64,000 nt of DNA, taken from assembly GCA_965202695.1 (NCBI GenBank), contig OZ241843.1, positions 3,456,701-3,520,700 on the forward strand. The letters run 5' to 3'. The notes under the pieces were generated by a model. The model ran no database searches, was not told where the DNA came from, and saw nothing but the letters and a program-made list of their open reading frames with translations. The stretch comes from Vicinamibacterales bacterium (lineage in GTDB: Bacteria; Acidobacteriota; Vicinamibacteria; Vicinamibacterales; UBA8438). Both the position numbers and the translations under genes were made by a program. Positions 15,766 through 24,228 of this stretch are shown piece by piece. Every line of letters starts with the position of its first letter. The first letter of the stretch is position 1.

Positions 15766-18264
15766 ATGACGAGACCTCCCGCCGTTCCCGCCGCGCTCCT
15801 CGCGTTCGGGCTCGCCGCCGCCGGGGTGGTGACGGTTGCCGCCCAGGGCGCCACGAATGGCGCGGCGCCGGCGCGGCCGGCGGCCGCCGCCCAGGGCGCC
15901 GCGCCGGCGCGGCCGGCGGCCGCCCCCGGGCACGACGCGCTGAACGGCGTGGTGCGGACCTACTGTCAGCGCTGCCACAACGACCGCATGCTGACGGGCA
16001 ACTTCTCGCTGGACGGCTTCGACGTCGGGGCCGCGGGCCGCGACGCGGCATCGGCCGTCCGCGCCGAGAAGATGATCCGCAAGCTGCGGGCGAACATGAT
16101 GCCCCCGCCGGGCATGCGGCGCCCCCCGGCGGAGACCCTCCAGACCCTGGTCGAGACGCTGGAAACGGTGGTGGACGCGGCCGCCGCCGCCGACCCGAAC
16201 CCCGGGTACCGGACGTTCCAGCGCCTGAACCGCCACGAGTACGAGCAGGCCGTCCACGATCTGCTGGGGCTGCGGATAGACGCGGGCGACTATCTGCCGC
16301 TCGACACCATGAGCGCGAACTTCGACAACGTCGCCGACGTCCAGATGCTGTCGGCGACGCTGCTCGACGGCTATCTCCGGGCCGCGGCCGAGGTCAGCCA
16401 GCTCGCGGTCGGCAACCCCGACGCGGCCCCCCGGCAGACCACCTACTCCAGGTCGCGCGCGTACTCGCAGTGGGACCGGGTGGAGGGCGCCCCCTGGGGC
16501 ACCCGCGGCGGATTCTCGGTGGTGCACAACTTCCCGGCCGATGGGGACTACGTCTTCCGGATGGCGTTCCAGCACACGACGACCGGCGGCCTGTCCGGCT
16601 CGACGATCCGGAACGAGCGGATCGAGTTGTCGATAGACGGCGAGCCGGCGGCCCTGCTGGCGATGGACCAGTGGCTGCGGACCTCCGACCCCAACGGCGT
16701 GAACCTGGAGGTCGAGGCGCCGATCTTCGTGCGGGCGGGGCCCCGGCGCGTGTCCGCGGTGTTCGTCCGGCAGTTCGAAGGGCCGGTCGAAGACGTGCTG
16801 GCCCCGCACGAGTGGTCGATCGTCGACACCGAGATCGGCGACCTCGGATACGGCATCACCGCCCTGCCGCACATGCGGGACCTCGTCATCGACGGTCCCC
16901 ACGACGTCACCGGCGTGTCGGAGACCCCCAGCCGCCGCCGCATCTTCAGTTGCCGCCCCACCGCGCCGGACACCGGGCGCGCCTGCGCCGAGGACATCGT
17001 CGGGCGTCTCGCGGCCCGGGCCTATCGCCGGCCGCTGACCGGCGCCGACCTGGCGGACCTCATGGCGTTCTACGAGGCGGGCCTCGCGGAGGGCGGCTGG
17101 GAGACGGGTATCCGCACGGCCTTGCAGGCGACGCTGGCCAGCCCCGATTTCGTCTTCCGGCTGGAGCGGCCGGCCGAACCCGTCGCGCCGGGGCGGAACT
17201 ACCGGATCTCCGATGCGGCCCTGGCCTCGCGGCTCGCCTTCTTCCTCTGGGGCGGGCCGCCGGACCGGACGCTGCGGGAGCGGGCGGCGGCGGGGACGCT
17301 GTCGGACCCGGCGGCGCTCGAGGCCGAGACCCGGCGCATGCTCGCCGACCCGCGGGCGGAGTCGCTGGCCACCCGGTTCGCGGGGCTGTGGCTGCGGCTG
17401 CAGGACATGGATCAGGTGCAGCCCGACGCCTTCTGGTTCCCGAACTTCGACCGGCAGCTGGCCGACGCCATGCGCCGCGAGACCGAGCTGCTGTTCCACA
17501 GCCTCGTGCAGGAGGACCGGAGCTTCTTCGATCTCTTCACCGCCGACTACACGTTCGTGAACGAGCGGCTGGCCCGCCACTACGGCATGACGGACGTCGC
17601 GGGACCGCATTTCCGGCGCGTCGAGTACCGCGGCGACCGGCGGCGCGGCCTGTTCGGCCACGGCTCGGTGCTGATGCTGACGTCGATGGCCAACCGGACG
17701 TCGCCGGTGCTGCGGGGCAAGTGGGTGCTGGAGGTGGTGCTCGGCGTGCCGCCGCCGCCCCCGCCGCCGGCGGTGCCCGACCTCGACGAGACGGCGGCGG
17801 TCGTCGACGGCCGGGCCCTGACGACCCGCGAGCGGATGGAGGTCCACCGGACGAACCCCACCTGCAACGCCTGTCACCGGTTCATGGACCCGCTGGGGCT
17901 GGCCCTCGACAACTTCGACGTCATCGGCAGGTGGCGCATTCGCGAGAACGGCATGCCCCTGGACACGCGGGGCGAGATGTGGGACGGGACGCCGGTGTCG
18001 AGTCCGCGGGAACTGCGGGCGGCGTTGCTGAAGCTGCGGGTTCCGCTCGCCCGCACGTTCACCGAGAACCTCATGGCCTATGCCCTGGGGCGGCGGGTCG
18101 AGCACTACGACATGCCCACGGTCCGGCGCATCGTCCGCACCGCGCGGGACGACGGCTACCGCATGTCGTCGTTCATTCTCGGGGTCGTCACGAGTCCCGC
18201 GTTCCGGATGCAGCGGGCGGAGGCGCCCGCGGCCTCCGCCGGCGAGCAGGCGTCGGCGTTCTGA
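15766..18264 (+). CDS. DUF1592/DUF1588/DUF1585-family protein with cytochrome-c type CxxCH motifs (PSCyt/PSD-like)
   Basis: Signal peptide. YCQRCHNDR and TCNACHRFMDP motifs. Typical length, and paired with a DUF1552 gene. Confidence 0.75.
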   Translation: MTRPPAVPAALLAFGLAAAGVVTVAAQGATNGAAPARPAAAAQGAAPARPAAAPGHDALNGVVRTYCQRCHNDRMLTGNFSLDGFDVGAAGRDAASAVRAEKMIRKLRANMMPPPGMRRPPAETLQTLVETLETVVDAAAAADPNPGYRTFQRLNRHEYEQAVHDLLGLRIDAGDYLPLDTMSANFDNVADVQMLSATLLDGYLRAAAEVSQLAVGNPDAAPRQTTYSRSRAYSQWDRVEGAPWGTRGGFSVVHNFPADGDYVFRMAFQHTTTGGLSGSTIRNERIELSIDGEPAALLAMDQWLRTSDPNGVNLEVEAPIFVRAGPRRVSAVFVRQFEGPVEDVLAPHEWSIVDTEIGDLGYGITALPHMRDLVIDGPHDVTGVSETPSRRRIFSCRPTAPDTGRACAEDIVGRLAARAYRRPLTGADLADLMAFYEAGLAEGGWETGIRTALQATLASPDFVFRLERPAEPVAPGRNYRISDAALASRLAFFLWGGPPDRTLRERAAAGTLSDPAALEAETRRMLADPRAESLATRFAGLWLRLQDMDQVQPDAFWFPNFDRQLADAMRRETELLFHSLVQEDRSFFDLFTADYTFVNERLARHYGMTDVAGPHFRRVEYRGDRRRGLFGHGSVLMLTSMANRTSPVLRGKWVLEVVLGVPPPPPPPAVPDLDETAAVVDGRALTTRERMEVHRTNPTCNACHRFMDPLGLALDNFDVIGRWRIRENGMPLDTRGEMWDGTPVSSPRELRAALLKLRVPLARTFTENLMAYALGRRVEHYDMPTVRRIVRTARDDGYRMSSFILGVVTSPAFRMQRAEAPAASAGEQASAF

Positions 18265-18338
18265 CCCGGGGAACGGCGGGGCCCGAGGAGAGCCGGGCCG
18301 CGGCGGCGCATTCAGGAGACAGGCTGGGAGACAGACTC

Positions 18339-19727
18339 ATGTTCATCACCGGAAAGCACCTTCCTCGCCGGACGTTTCTCCGTGACGTGGGGACCGCGAC
18401 GCTGGCCCTGCCGTTCCTCGACGCGATGCGTCCGGCGGGGCGGGTCTCGGCGGCGGCCGCCGCTGCGCTCGATCCGACCCGCCTGATCTGCATCGAGATG
18501 GTGCACGGGGCGGCCGGGTCGAACGCGTGGGGAGGCACGCAGCACCTGTGGAGTCCGGCCGAGGCCGGCCGCGGCTTCGACCTGGGCGCCGGGGCGCTGA
18601 GCCCGCTGGAGCCGTATCGCGACCACCTGACGATCGTCAGCGACACCGACGTGGGGATGGCGGAGGCGTTCTCGCCCCCCGAGATCGGCGGCGACCACTT
18701 CCGGACCAGCTCGGTCTTCCTGACCCAGTCGCATCCCCGGCAGACCCAGGGGTCGGACGTCTTCGCGGGGACCTCGATGGACCAGCTGCATGCGCAGCGG
18801 TTCGGTCAGGACACGCCGATCCCGTCGATGCAGCTCTGCATCGAGAACGTCGACCAGGCCGGCGGCTGCGCCTACGGCTACACGTGCGTCTACACCGACT
18901 CGATCAGCTGGGCGTCGCCGACCGATCCGCTGCCGGTGACGCGGTCGCCGCGGGTCGCCTTCGAGCAGCTTTTCGGGGTCGGGGGCACGGCCGAAGAGCG
19001 CGCGGCGCGCCGGCGGACCGACGCGAGCATCCTCGACTGGATGACCACGCGGGTGTCGCAGTTGACGCGCGAGCTGGGGCCGGCGGACCGGCGGCGCATG
19101 GAACGCTACCTGGACGACATCCGCGAGGTCGAGCGGCGCATCCAGCGGGTCGAGGCCCGGAACCTGAGCGGCGAACCGCGGGAGTTGCCGGCGGCGCCGG
19201 CCGGCGTGCCCGATTCGTTCGACGAGCACGTGAAGCTGATGTTCGACGTGCAGGCCATCGCCTTCGAGAGCGACGTGACCCGGGTGTTCTCGTTCAAGAT
19301 GGGCCGCGACGCCTCGGGCCGGGTCTTCCCGCTGAGCGGGAGCGACCGGCCGTTCCATTCGGCGTCGCACCACGGCGGCAAGGAGGACGCGGTCCTCGAG
19401 TTCAACAAGATCAACCGCTATCACGTGAGCCTGCTGCCGTACCTGCTCGACAAGCTGAAGGCCACGACGGAAGGCGACGCCGATCTGCTGGAGAAGAGCG
19501 TGGTCCTCTACGGTTCGGGCATGGGCGACCCGAACCTGCACAACCACAAGCGCTGTCCGCTCATCGTCCTCGGCCACGCCAACGGCCGGCTCGCGGGCGG
19601 GGTCCACGTGAAGGCGGCGGCGGGGACGCCGATGGCGAACGCCATGCTCGGCCTGCTGCACGCGCTCGGCCACGACGACCGCGCGAGCTTCGGCGACAGC
19701 ACCGGCGCGCTCGCGCTCGACGTCTGA
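18339..19727 (+). CDS. DUF1552-family protein with a twin-arginine signal
   Basis: MFITGKHLPRRTFLRDVGTATLALPFL; in frame at the end of the 1377-aa ORF 15594..19727. Confidence 0.75.
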   Translation: MFITGKHLPRRTFLRDVGTATLALPFLDAMRPAGRVSAAAAAALDPTRLICIEMVHGAAGSNAWGGTQHLWSPAEAGRGFDLGAGALSPLEPYRDHLTIVSDTDVGMAEAFSPPEIGGDHFRTSSVFLTQSHPRQTQGSDVFAGTSMDQLHAQRFGQDTPIPSMQLCIENVDQAGGCAYGYTCVYTDSISWASPTDPLPVTRSPRVAFEQLFGVGGTAEERAARRRTDASILDWMTTRVSQLTRELGPADRRRMERYLDDIREVERRIQRVEARNLSGEPRELPAAPAGVPDSFDEHVKLMFDVQAIAFESDVTRVFSFKMGRDASGRVFPLSGSDRPFHSASHHGGKEDAVLEFNKINRYHVSLLPYLLDKLKATTEGDADLLEKSVVLYGSGMGDPNLHNHKRCPLIVLGHANGRLAGGVHVKAAAGTPMANAMLGLLHALGHDDRASFGDSTGALALDV

Positions 19728-19742
19728 GCGGGGGGGAGGACC

Positions 19743-21539
19743 ATGAGTCCGTCAATGCGCGCGGGAGCGGTCGTGGCGGTGCTGGCGGCGCTGGGCGGGG
19801 CGCCGTCTCCGTGGCCGGCGGCGATGGCGGCGGCCGATTCCCCGGTCGCCGACGCCGCGGTCCGGGGCGACGCCGAGGCGGTGCGGGACCTGCTCGCACG
19901 CGGCGCCGACGTGCAGACGGCGCGGCCGGACGGCATGACCGCGCTGCACTGGGCGGCGTTGCGGAGCGACGTCGAGATGGCCGGGATGCTCCTCTACGCC
20001 GGTGCGAACCTCGAAGCGACGACCCGCATCGGCCGGCATACGCCGTTGCACGTCGCGGCGCGGAGCGGTCGGGCGCCGGTGGTGCGGGCGCTGCTCGAGG
20101 CGGGCGCCGACCCGCGCGCGGAGTCGGCGAGCGGGGCGACCCCGCTCCATCTGGCCGCGCAGGCGGGCAGCGCCGCCGCCGCCGCCGCCCTCGTCGACCA
20201 CGGGGCGGACGTGGACGCCCGCGAGCGGACCTGGGGGCAGACCCCGCTGATGTTCGCGGCCGCGTCCAACCGGCTCGGACCCGTCAACGTGCTGATGGAG
20301 CGCGGCGCGGACCTCGAGATCGCCACGAAGGTGGTCGACCTCCCCGCGCTCGACGCGATGGACCGCGCCGCCGCCGCGCGGCGCCAGGAGGTGCTGGACC
20401 GGTTCCGGGCGGCGGTCCCGCCCGACGAGCGGCAGGGGTGGCGGCCCACCGCCAGTCAGGTCCAGGCCGCGGTCCGGGCCGCGCGGGCCGTGCAGGCCCT
20501 CGCCGACCTCCCGGCCGGCGGGGACGGTTCGGGGCTGGAGCGCGGCACGCCGCGCGCCTACACCGAGCGGGTCGGCGTGCAGGGCGGGCTGACGGCCCTG
20601 CTGCACGCGGCCCGCCAGGGGCACGCCGAGGTGGCGATGGCCCTGGTCCGCGCGGGTGCGGACGTCAACCGGGTGAGCGGCGACGGTACCAGCCCGCTGC
20701 AGATCGCGACCATGAACGGCCACTTCGACCTCGCGTTGCGGCTCCTCGAACGCGGCGCCGACCCCGACGTCGCCACCGACGCGGGGGCCGCGCCGCTGTT
20801 CGCGGCCCTCAACCTCCAGTGGGCGCCGCGGGCGCGCTACCCGCAGCCCCGCGCCCACGACCAGCAGGAGGCCACCTACCTCGACGTCATGAAGGCGCTG
20901 CTCGAGGCGGGGGCGGACCCGAACGTGCGTCTGAAGAAGCACCTGTGGTACATGTCCTACAACCACTGCTGCTCGGAGAGCGTCGACGGGGCGACGCCCT
21001 TCTGGCGCGCCGCCTACGCGACCGACGTCCAGGCGATGCGGCTTCTCCGGGCGTACGGCGCGGATCCGCACGTGCCGACGCGCGCCCCCGCCCCGCGCCG
21101 GAACGGGGCCGCCGCCGCCGAGGCGCCGCCCGACCCCTCGGGGTTGCCGCCGGTGGAACCGGGCGGGCCGGGGGTCTGGCCGATCCACGCGGCGTCCGGC
21201 GTCGGTTACGGCGAGGGCTTCGAATCGAACGCGCACCGGCACGTGCCCGACGGCTGGCTGCCGTCCGTCAAGTACCTGGTGGAAGACGTCGGCGTCGACG
21301 TCGACGCCCGGGACCACGAAGGCTACACCGCGCTCCATCACGCCGCCGCCCGCGGCGACACCGCGCTGGCGCGCTATCTCGTGGAGCAGGGCGCCGACGT
21401 GATGGCCGTCAGCCGCCGCGGCCAGACCACCGCGGACATGGCGAACGGCCCCTACCAGCGGACGTTGCCGTTTCCCGAGACCCTGGCCTTCCTCGAGGGC
21501 CTGGGCGCCGTGAACAACGGCAACTGCGTGTCGTGCTGA
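19743..21539 (+). CDS. Secreted ankyrin-repeat protein
   Basis: gggagga RBS and a signal peptide. Multiple G-x-TPLH-x-AA / GADVxA ankyrin units. Confidence 0.8.
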   Translation: MSPSMRAGAVVAVLAALGGAPSPWPAAMAAADSPVADAAVRGDAEAVRDLLARGADVQTARPDGMTALHWAALRSDVEMAGMLLYAGANLEATTRIGRHTPLHVAARSGRAPVVRALLEAGADPRAESASGATPLHLAAQAGSAAAAAALVDHGADVDARERTWGQTPLMFAAASNRLGPVNVLMERGADLEIATKVVDLPALDAMDRAAAARRQEVLDRFRAAVPPDERQGWRPTASQVQAAVRAARAVQALADLPAGGDGSGLERGTPRAYTERVGVQGGLTALLHAARQGHAEVAMALVRAGADVNRVSGDGTSPLQIATMNGHFDLALRLLERGADPDVATDAGAAPLFAALNLQWAPRARYPQPRAHDQQEATYLDVMKALLEAGADPNVRLKKHLWYMSYNHCCSESVDGATPFWRAAYATDVQAMRLLRAYGADPHVPTRAPAPRRNGAAAAEAPPDPSGLPPVEPGGPGVWPIHAASGVGYGEGFESNAHRHVPDGWLPSVKYLVEDVGVDVDARDHEGYTALHHAAARGDTALARYLVEQGADVMAVSRRGQTTADMANGPYQRTLPFPETLAFLEGLGAVNNGNCVSC

Positions 21540-21602
21540 TCTTGCGCCGGCCGCCGCGGCGGTGACCGGCGCGGCGGCGCCGGCCGCCCCGTGCGCGGCG
21601 GT

Positions 21603-21754
21603 CCGTGGTGGAACCGGCGAACGCCGAGGGCGCTGGCGGACAGAACGCCCGGCGGACAAGGTGTGAGAAGGGCGCAAATCGGGCAATTTTCACAACGCAG
21701 TCAGGCGTGGCGCATCGCCGCTCGCAATGCAGCGGGGACTTCCGCCACGGGCTG
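21603..21754 (+). repeat. Dispersed intergenic repeat family, copy B
   Basis: Shares ccggcgaacgccgagggcgctg (22 nt exact), cggacaagg.gtgagaagggcgca and cgctcgcaatgca with copy C. The 3' end ccgccacgggctg is the exact reverse complement of the 5' end of copy C (cagcccgtggcgg). Confidence 0.8.
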
Positions 21755-21854
21755 GCGGGCGCCGGCGTGATTCGAGGGGCGCAGACCGGCTCGCAATGGG
21801 CGGCTGGCAGGGGGTGTCGCCGCTCCGAGGGCCGGCGCAGTGAGTGAGGTGGAC

Positions 21855-22781
21855 ATGAGACGCGGCGGATATCTGGGCATGCTCACGGTGGTCGGCGTGG
21901 TCCTGACGGGGGCGACGTACCAGGCGCGGCAGGAGGGTCGGGCGAGCCTCGAGGTGCAGGAGATAACCGACAACCTCTACGTGCTGGCGAACGCACCGTC
22001 GGTGCAGGGGATGGGCGGCGGCGGGAACACCGCGATCTTCGTGGCCACCGACGGCGTCGCGCTCGTCGATACGAAGATCAACGGCTACGGCCAGGACATC
22101 ATCGCCCACGTGCGAGAGCTGACCGACAAGCCGATCACGACCGTCATCAACACCCACACCCACTTCGACCACAGCGGCGGCAACACCGAGCTGCCCGACA
22201 CCGTGAACTTCGTCGTGCACGAGAACACGCTGGCGCAGATGTCGCGCGAGACCTGCCAGCCGGTGACCAACTGCGACGCCTTCAAGGGCGAGAACGCGAA
22301 GTACCTTCCGAAGACCAGCTACTCCGAGCGGATGTCGCTCTTCAACGGTCCGGACCGCATCGACCTCTACCACTTCGGCCGCGGCCACACCGACGGAGAC
22401 ACCTTCGTGGTCTTCCGCGCCGCGCGCACCATGCACACCGGCGACATGTTCCAGCGCAAGGCCCTGCCGTTCATCGACGTCGCCAACGGCAACGGCAGCG
22501 CCAGCGCTTTCGGCGAGACGCTGAAGAAGGCGGTGGCCGGGATCTCCGGCGTCGACACCGTGATTCCGGGGCACAACCCCACTCCGGTGACCTGGAGCGA
22601 GTTCGTCGAGTTCAGCGGGTTCTTCAACGACGTCGTGAGCAAGGCGCAGCACGGAAAGGCGGCCGGGCTGTCGGTGGACGAGGTGGTCGCCGCGTACAGC
22701 GTGCCGGAACAGTACGGCGACTTCCAGGCGCCGGAGGGGAGCCTCCGGACGACCGTGCAGCACGTCTACGACGGCAACTGA
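21855..22781 (+). CDS. MBL-fold metallo-hydrolase (paralog of 10743..11645)
   Basis: ATG at 21855 preceded by gaggtgg; the track ORF starts at the GTG at 21840. NTHTHFDHSGG motif. Confidence 0.75.
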   Translation: MRRGGYLGMLTVVGVVLTGATYQARQEGRASLEVQEITDNLYVLANAPSVQGMGGGGNTAIFVATDGVALVDTKINGYGQDIIAHVRELTDKPITTVINTHTHFDHSGGNTELPDTVNFVVHENTLAQMSRETCQPVTNCDAFKGENAKYLPKTSYSERMSLFNGPDRIDLYHFGRGHTDGDTFVVFRAARTMHTGDMFQRKALPFIDVANGNGSASAFGETLKKAVAGISGVDTVIPGHNPTPVTWSEFVEFSGFFNDVVSKAQHGKAAGLSVDEVVAAYSVPEQYGDFQAPEGSLRTTVQHVYDGN

Positions 22782-22869
22782 GCCGGGAACCGGGGTGCGT
22801 TCGCGGCCGCGCGTCCCCGGCCCCGGTCGGGCGGTGCGGCCGGCGCCGATTCGGGGCGCTCACGGCGAT

Positions 22870-22913
22870 GGCTTGTCGGTCAGCTCGCGCACGTGGACGA
22901 TGACGTCCTGGCC
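22870..22913 (-). pseudogene. Inverted 44-nt copy of an internal segment of the adjacent MBL gene (22089..22132)
   Basis: The reverse complement of 22870..22913 matches 22089..22132 at 41 of 44 positions (by eye). It would encode GQDV/IIxHVRELTDKP. No further homology flanks it. Confidence 0.6.
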
Positions 22914-23110
22914 GCGGCAGGGCGTCCCCGACCCCGGTTCGTTCCGCGCTGCTCGTCGGCGGCAAGACCCCGACGCCCTTTCGTTTCTGAACCGGGTCGC
23001 GGCGGGTGCGCTGCCGGCTCGCGCTGCTCGGCCGGAGACGCACGCGGTTTCGTTGCGGGCCGTCGCCTGAGATCGCGTCTCATTCTCAGACGTGCTATGA
23101 TGCGGTCGGC

Positions 23111-23353
23111 ATGGAGAGCGTGGAACGGGAAGACGTCGTTTGCGCGTGCCTGCAGGTGACCGAGCGCCAGTTGCGCGCGGCCGTCGAGCGGAGCGGCATC
23201 CAGACCGTCCGGGAGCTGATGCGGGCGACGGGAGCCGGCGCTGGCTGCACGGCCTGCCACCGCCGGATCGAGGGCTGTCTGACCCGTTGGGCGAGCCCGC
23301 CTCCGCCCCCGCGCCCCTCCGATCCGCCTCCTGAAACCTGGCGGCCCGCCTGA
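23111..23353 (+). CDS. bfd: Bacterioferritin-associated ferredoxin (BFD-like [2Fe-2S])
   Basis: MESVEREDVVCACLQVTERQL...TGAGAGCTACH Cys pattern; trimmed from ORF 23006..23353. Confidence 0.75.
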   Translation: MESVEREDVVCACLQVTERQLRAAVERSGIQTVRELMRATGAGAGCTACHRRIEGCLTRWASPPPPPRPSDPPPETWRPA

Positions 23354-23424
23354 CGCTTCCCCGGCGCACGACCGCGCGCAGCAGGCGGCTTCGTGAAACC
23401 TGCCCCGCCCGCCCGGAATCACCG

Positions 23425-23508
23425 CCCCCGACCGTCACTTGATCCCCCGACCGTCACTTGATCCCCCGACCGTCACTTGACCCCCTGACCGTCACTTGAC
23501 CCCCCGAC
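23425..23508. repeat. Tandem repeat, 19-bp unit x ~4.4 (cccccgaccgtcacttgat)
   Basis: Copies begin at 23425, 23444, 23463 and 23482, with a partial copy at 23501. It lies in the convergent bfd/bfr intergenic region. Confidence 0.9.
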
Positions 23509-23620
23509 AGAGGCGGATCGCCACGTGCGGTGCGATCTCCCCGGTTCGGTCAGCGGCCGGCCGTCATCCGAGTCCCCCTGATGGAGGTGGACCGCCTTGC
23601 GCGGTGCGACCTCCCGGCGG

Positions 23621-24100
23621 TCAGCGCTCGTGGCCTCCCATCTGCTCGGTCAGGTAGTTCTCGATGCCGACCTTCTCGATGCGGAACAACTGGGTCTCGG
23701 CCCAGTCGACGTGCTCTTCCGACTCGGCGAGAATCGGCTCCAGGATCTCCCGGGTGCCGTGGTCCCCGAGCCGGGTGCACAGGGCGATGGCGTCGTTGTA
23801 GTGCTTGACGCCGCCCAGCTCCAGCCGCAGGTCGTTCTCGAGCTGTTCCTTGACGTCGGCGCCCACCCGGATGACGTCGTAGCGGGCGATCTCCGGGGTC
23901 CCTTCGAGGAACAGGATGCGGTCGATGAGCTGCTCGGCGTGCTTCATCTCGCCGACCGACTCTTCGTAGTGCTTCTTCGCGAGGTGGTGGAACCCCCAGT
24001 TGGCGCACATCTTCGCCTGGCAGAAGTACTGGTTTATCGCGGTCAGTTCGATGGTCAGCGCGCGGTTCAGCGCGTCGATCACCTGGGTGTCTCCCTGCAT
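23621..24100 (-). CDS. bfr: Bacterioferritin
   Basis: 159 aa: MQGDTQVIDALNRALTIELTAINQYFCQAKMCANWGF...EEHVDWAETQL. These are the classic Bfr di-iron and heme-Met features. It is the C-terminal part of shadow-extended ORF 23621..26935. Confidence 0.9.
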   Translation of the reverse strand: MQGDTQVIDALNRALTIELTAINQYFCQAKMCANWGFHHLAKKHYEESVGEMKHAEQLIDRILFLEGTPEIARYDVIRVGADVKEQLENDLRLELGGVKHYNDAIALCTRLGDHGTREILEPILAESEEHVDWAETQLFRIEKVGIENYLTEQMGGHER

Positions 24101-24228
24101 GGCTGCCTCCGTTCCGTGACGCGGCGGGCGGCGGTTCCGGCCGTCCCCGCCCGTTTCCAGTATACGCGCCCCGATCCGCCGCGCCGCGGCCGGCTTGCCG
24201 TCGGGGGCGCGGTCGCGGTCCGCCGCCG

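Noticed and set aside
15594-18338. The 1377-aa ORF 15594..19727 read as a single giant protein.
   Set aside because: Its first ~915 codons are an Arg/Pro/Gly-rich shadow frame over the DUF1592 gene. Only the part from the ATG at 18339, with its Tat signal and DUF1552-like sequence, looks real.
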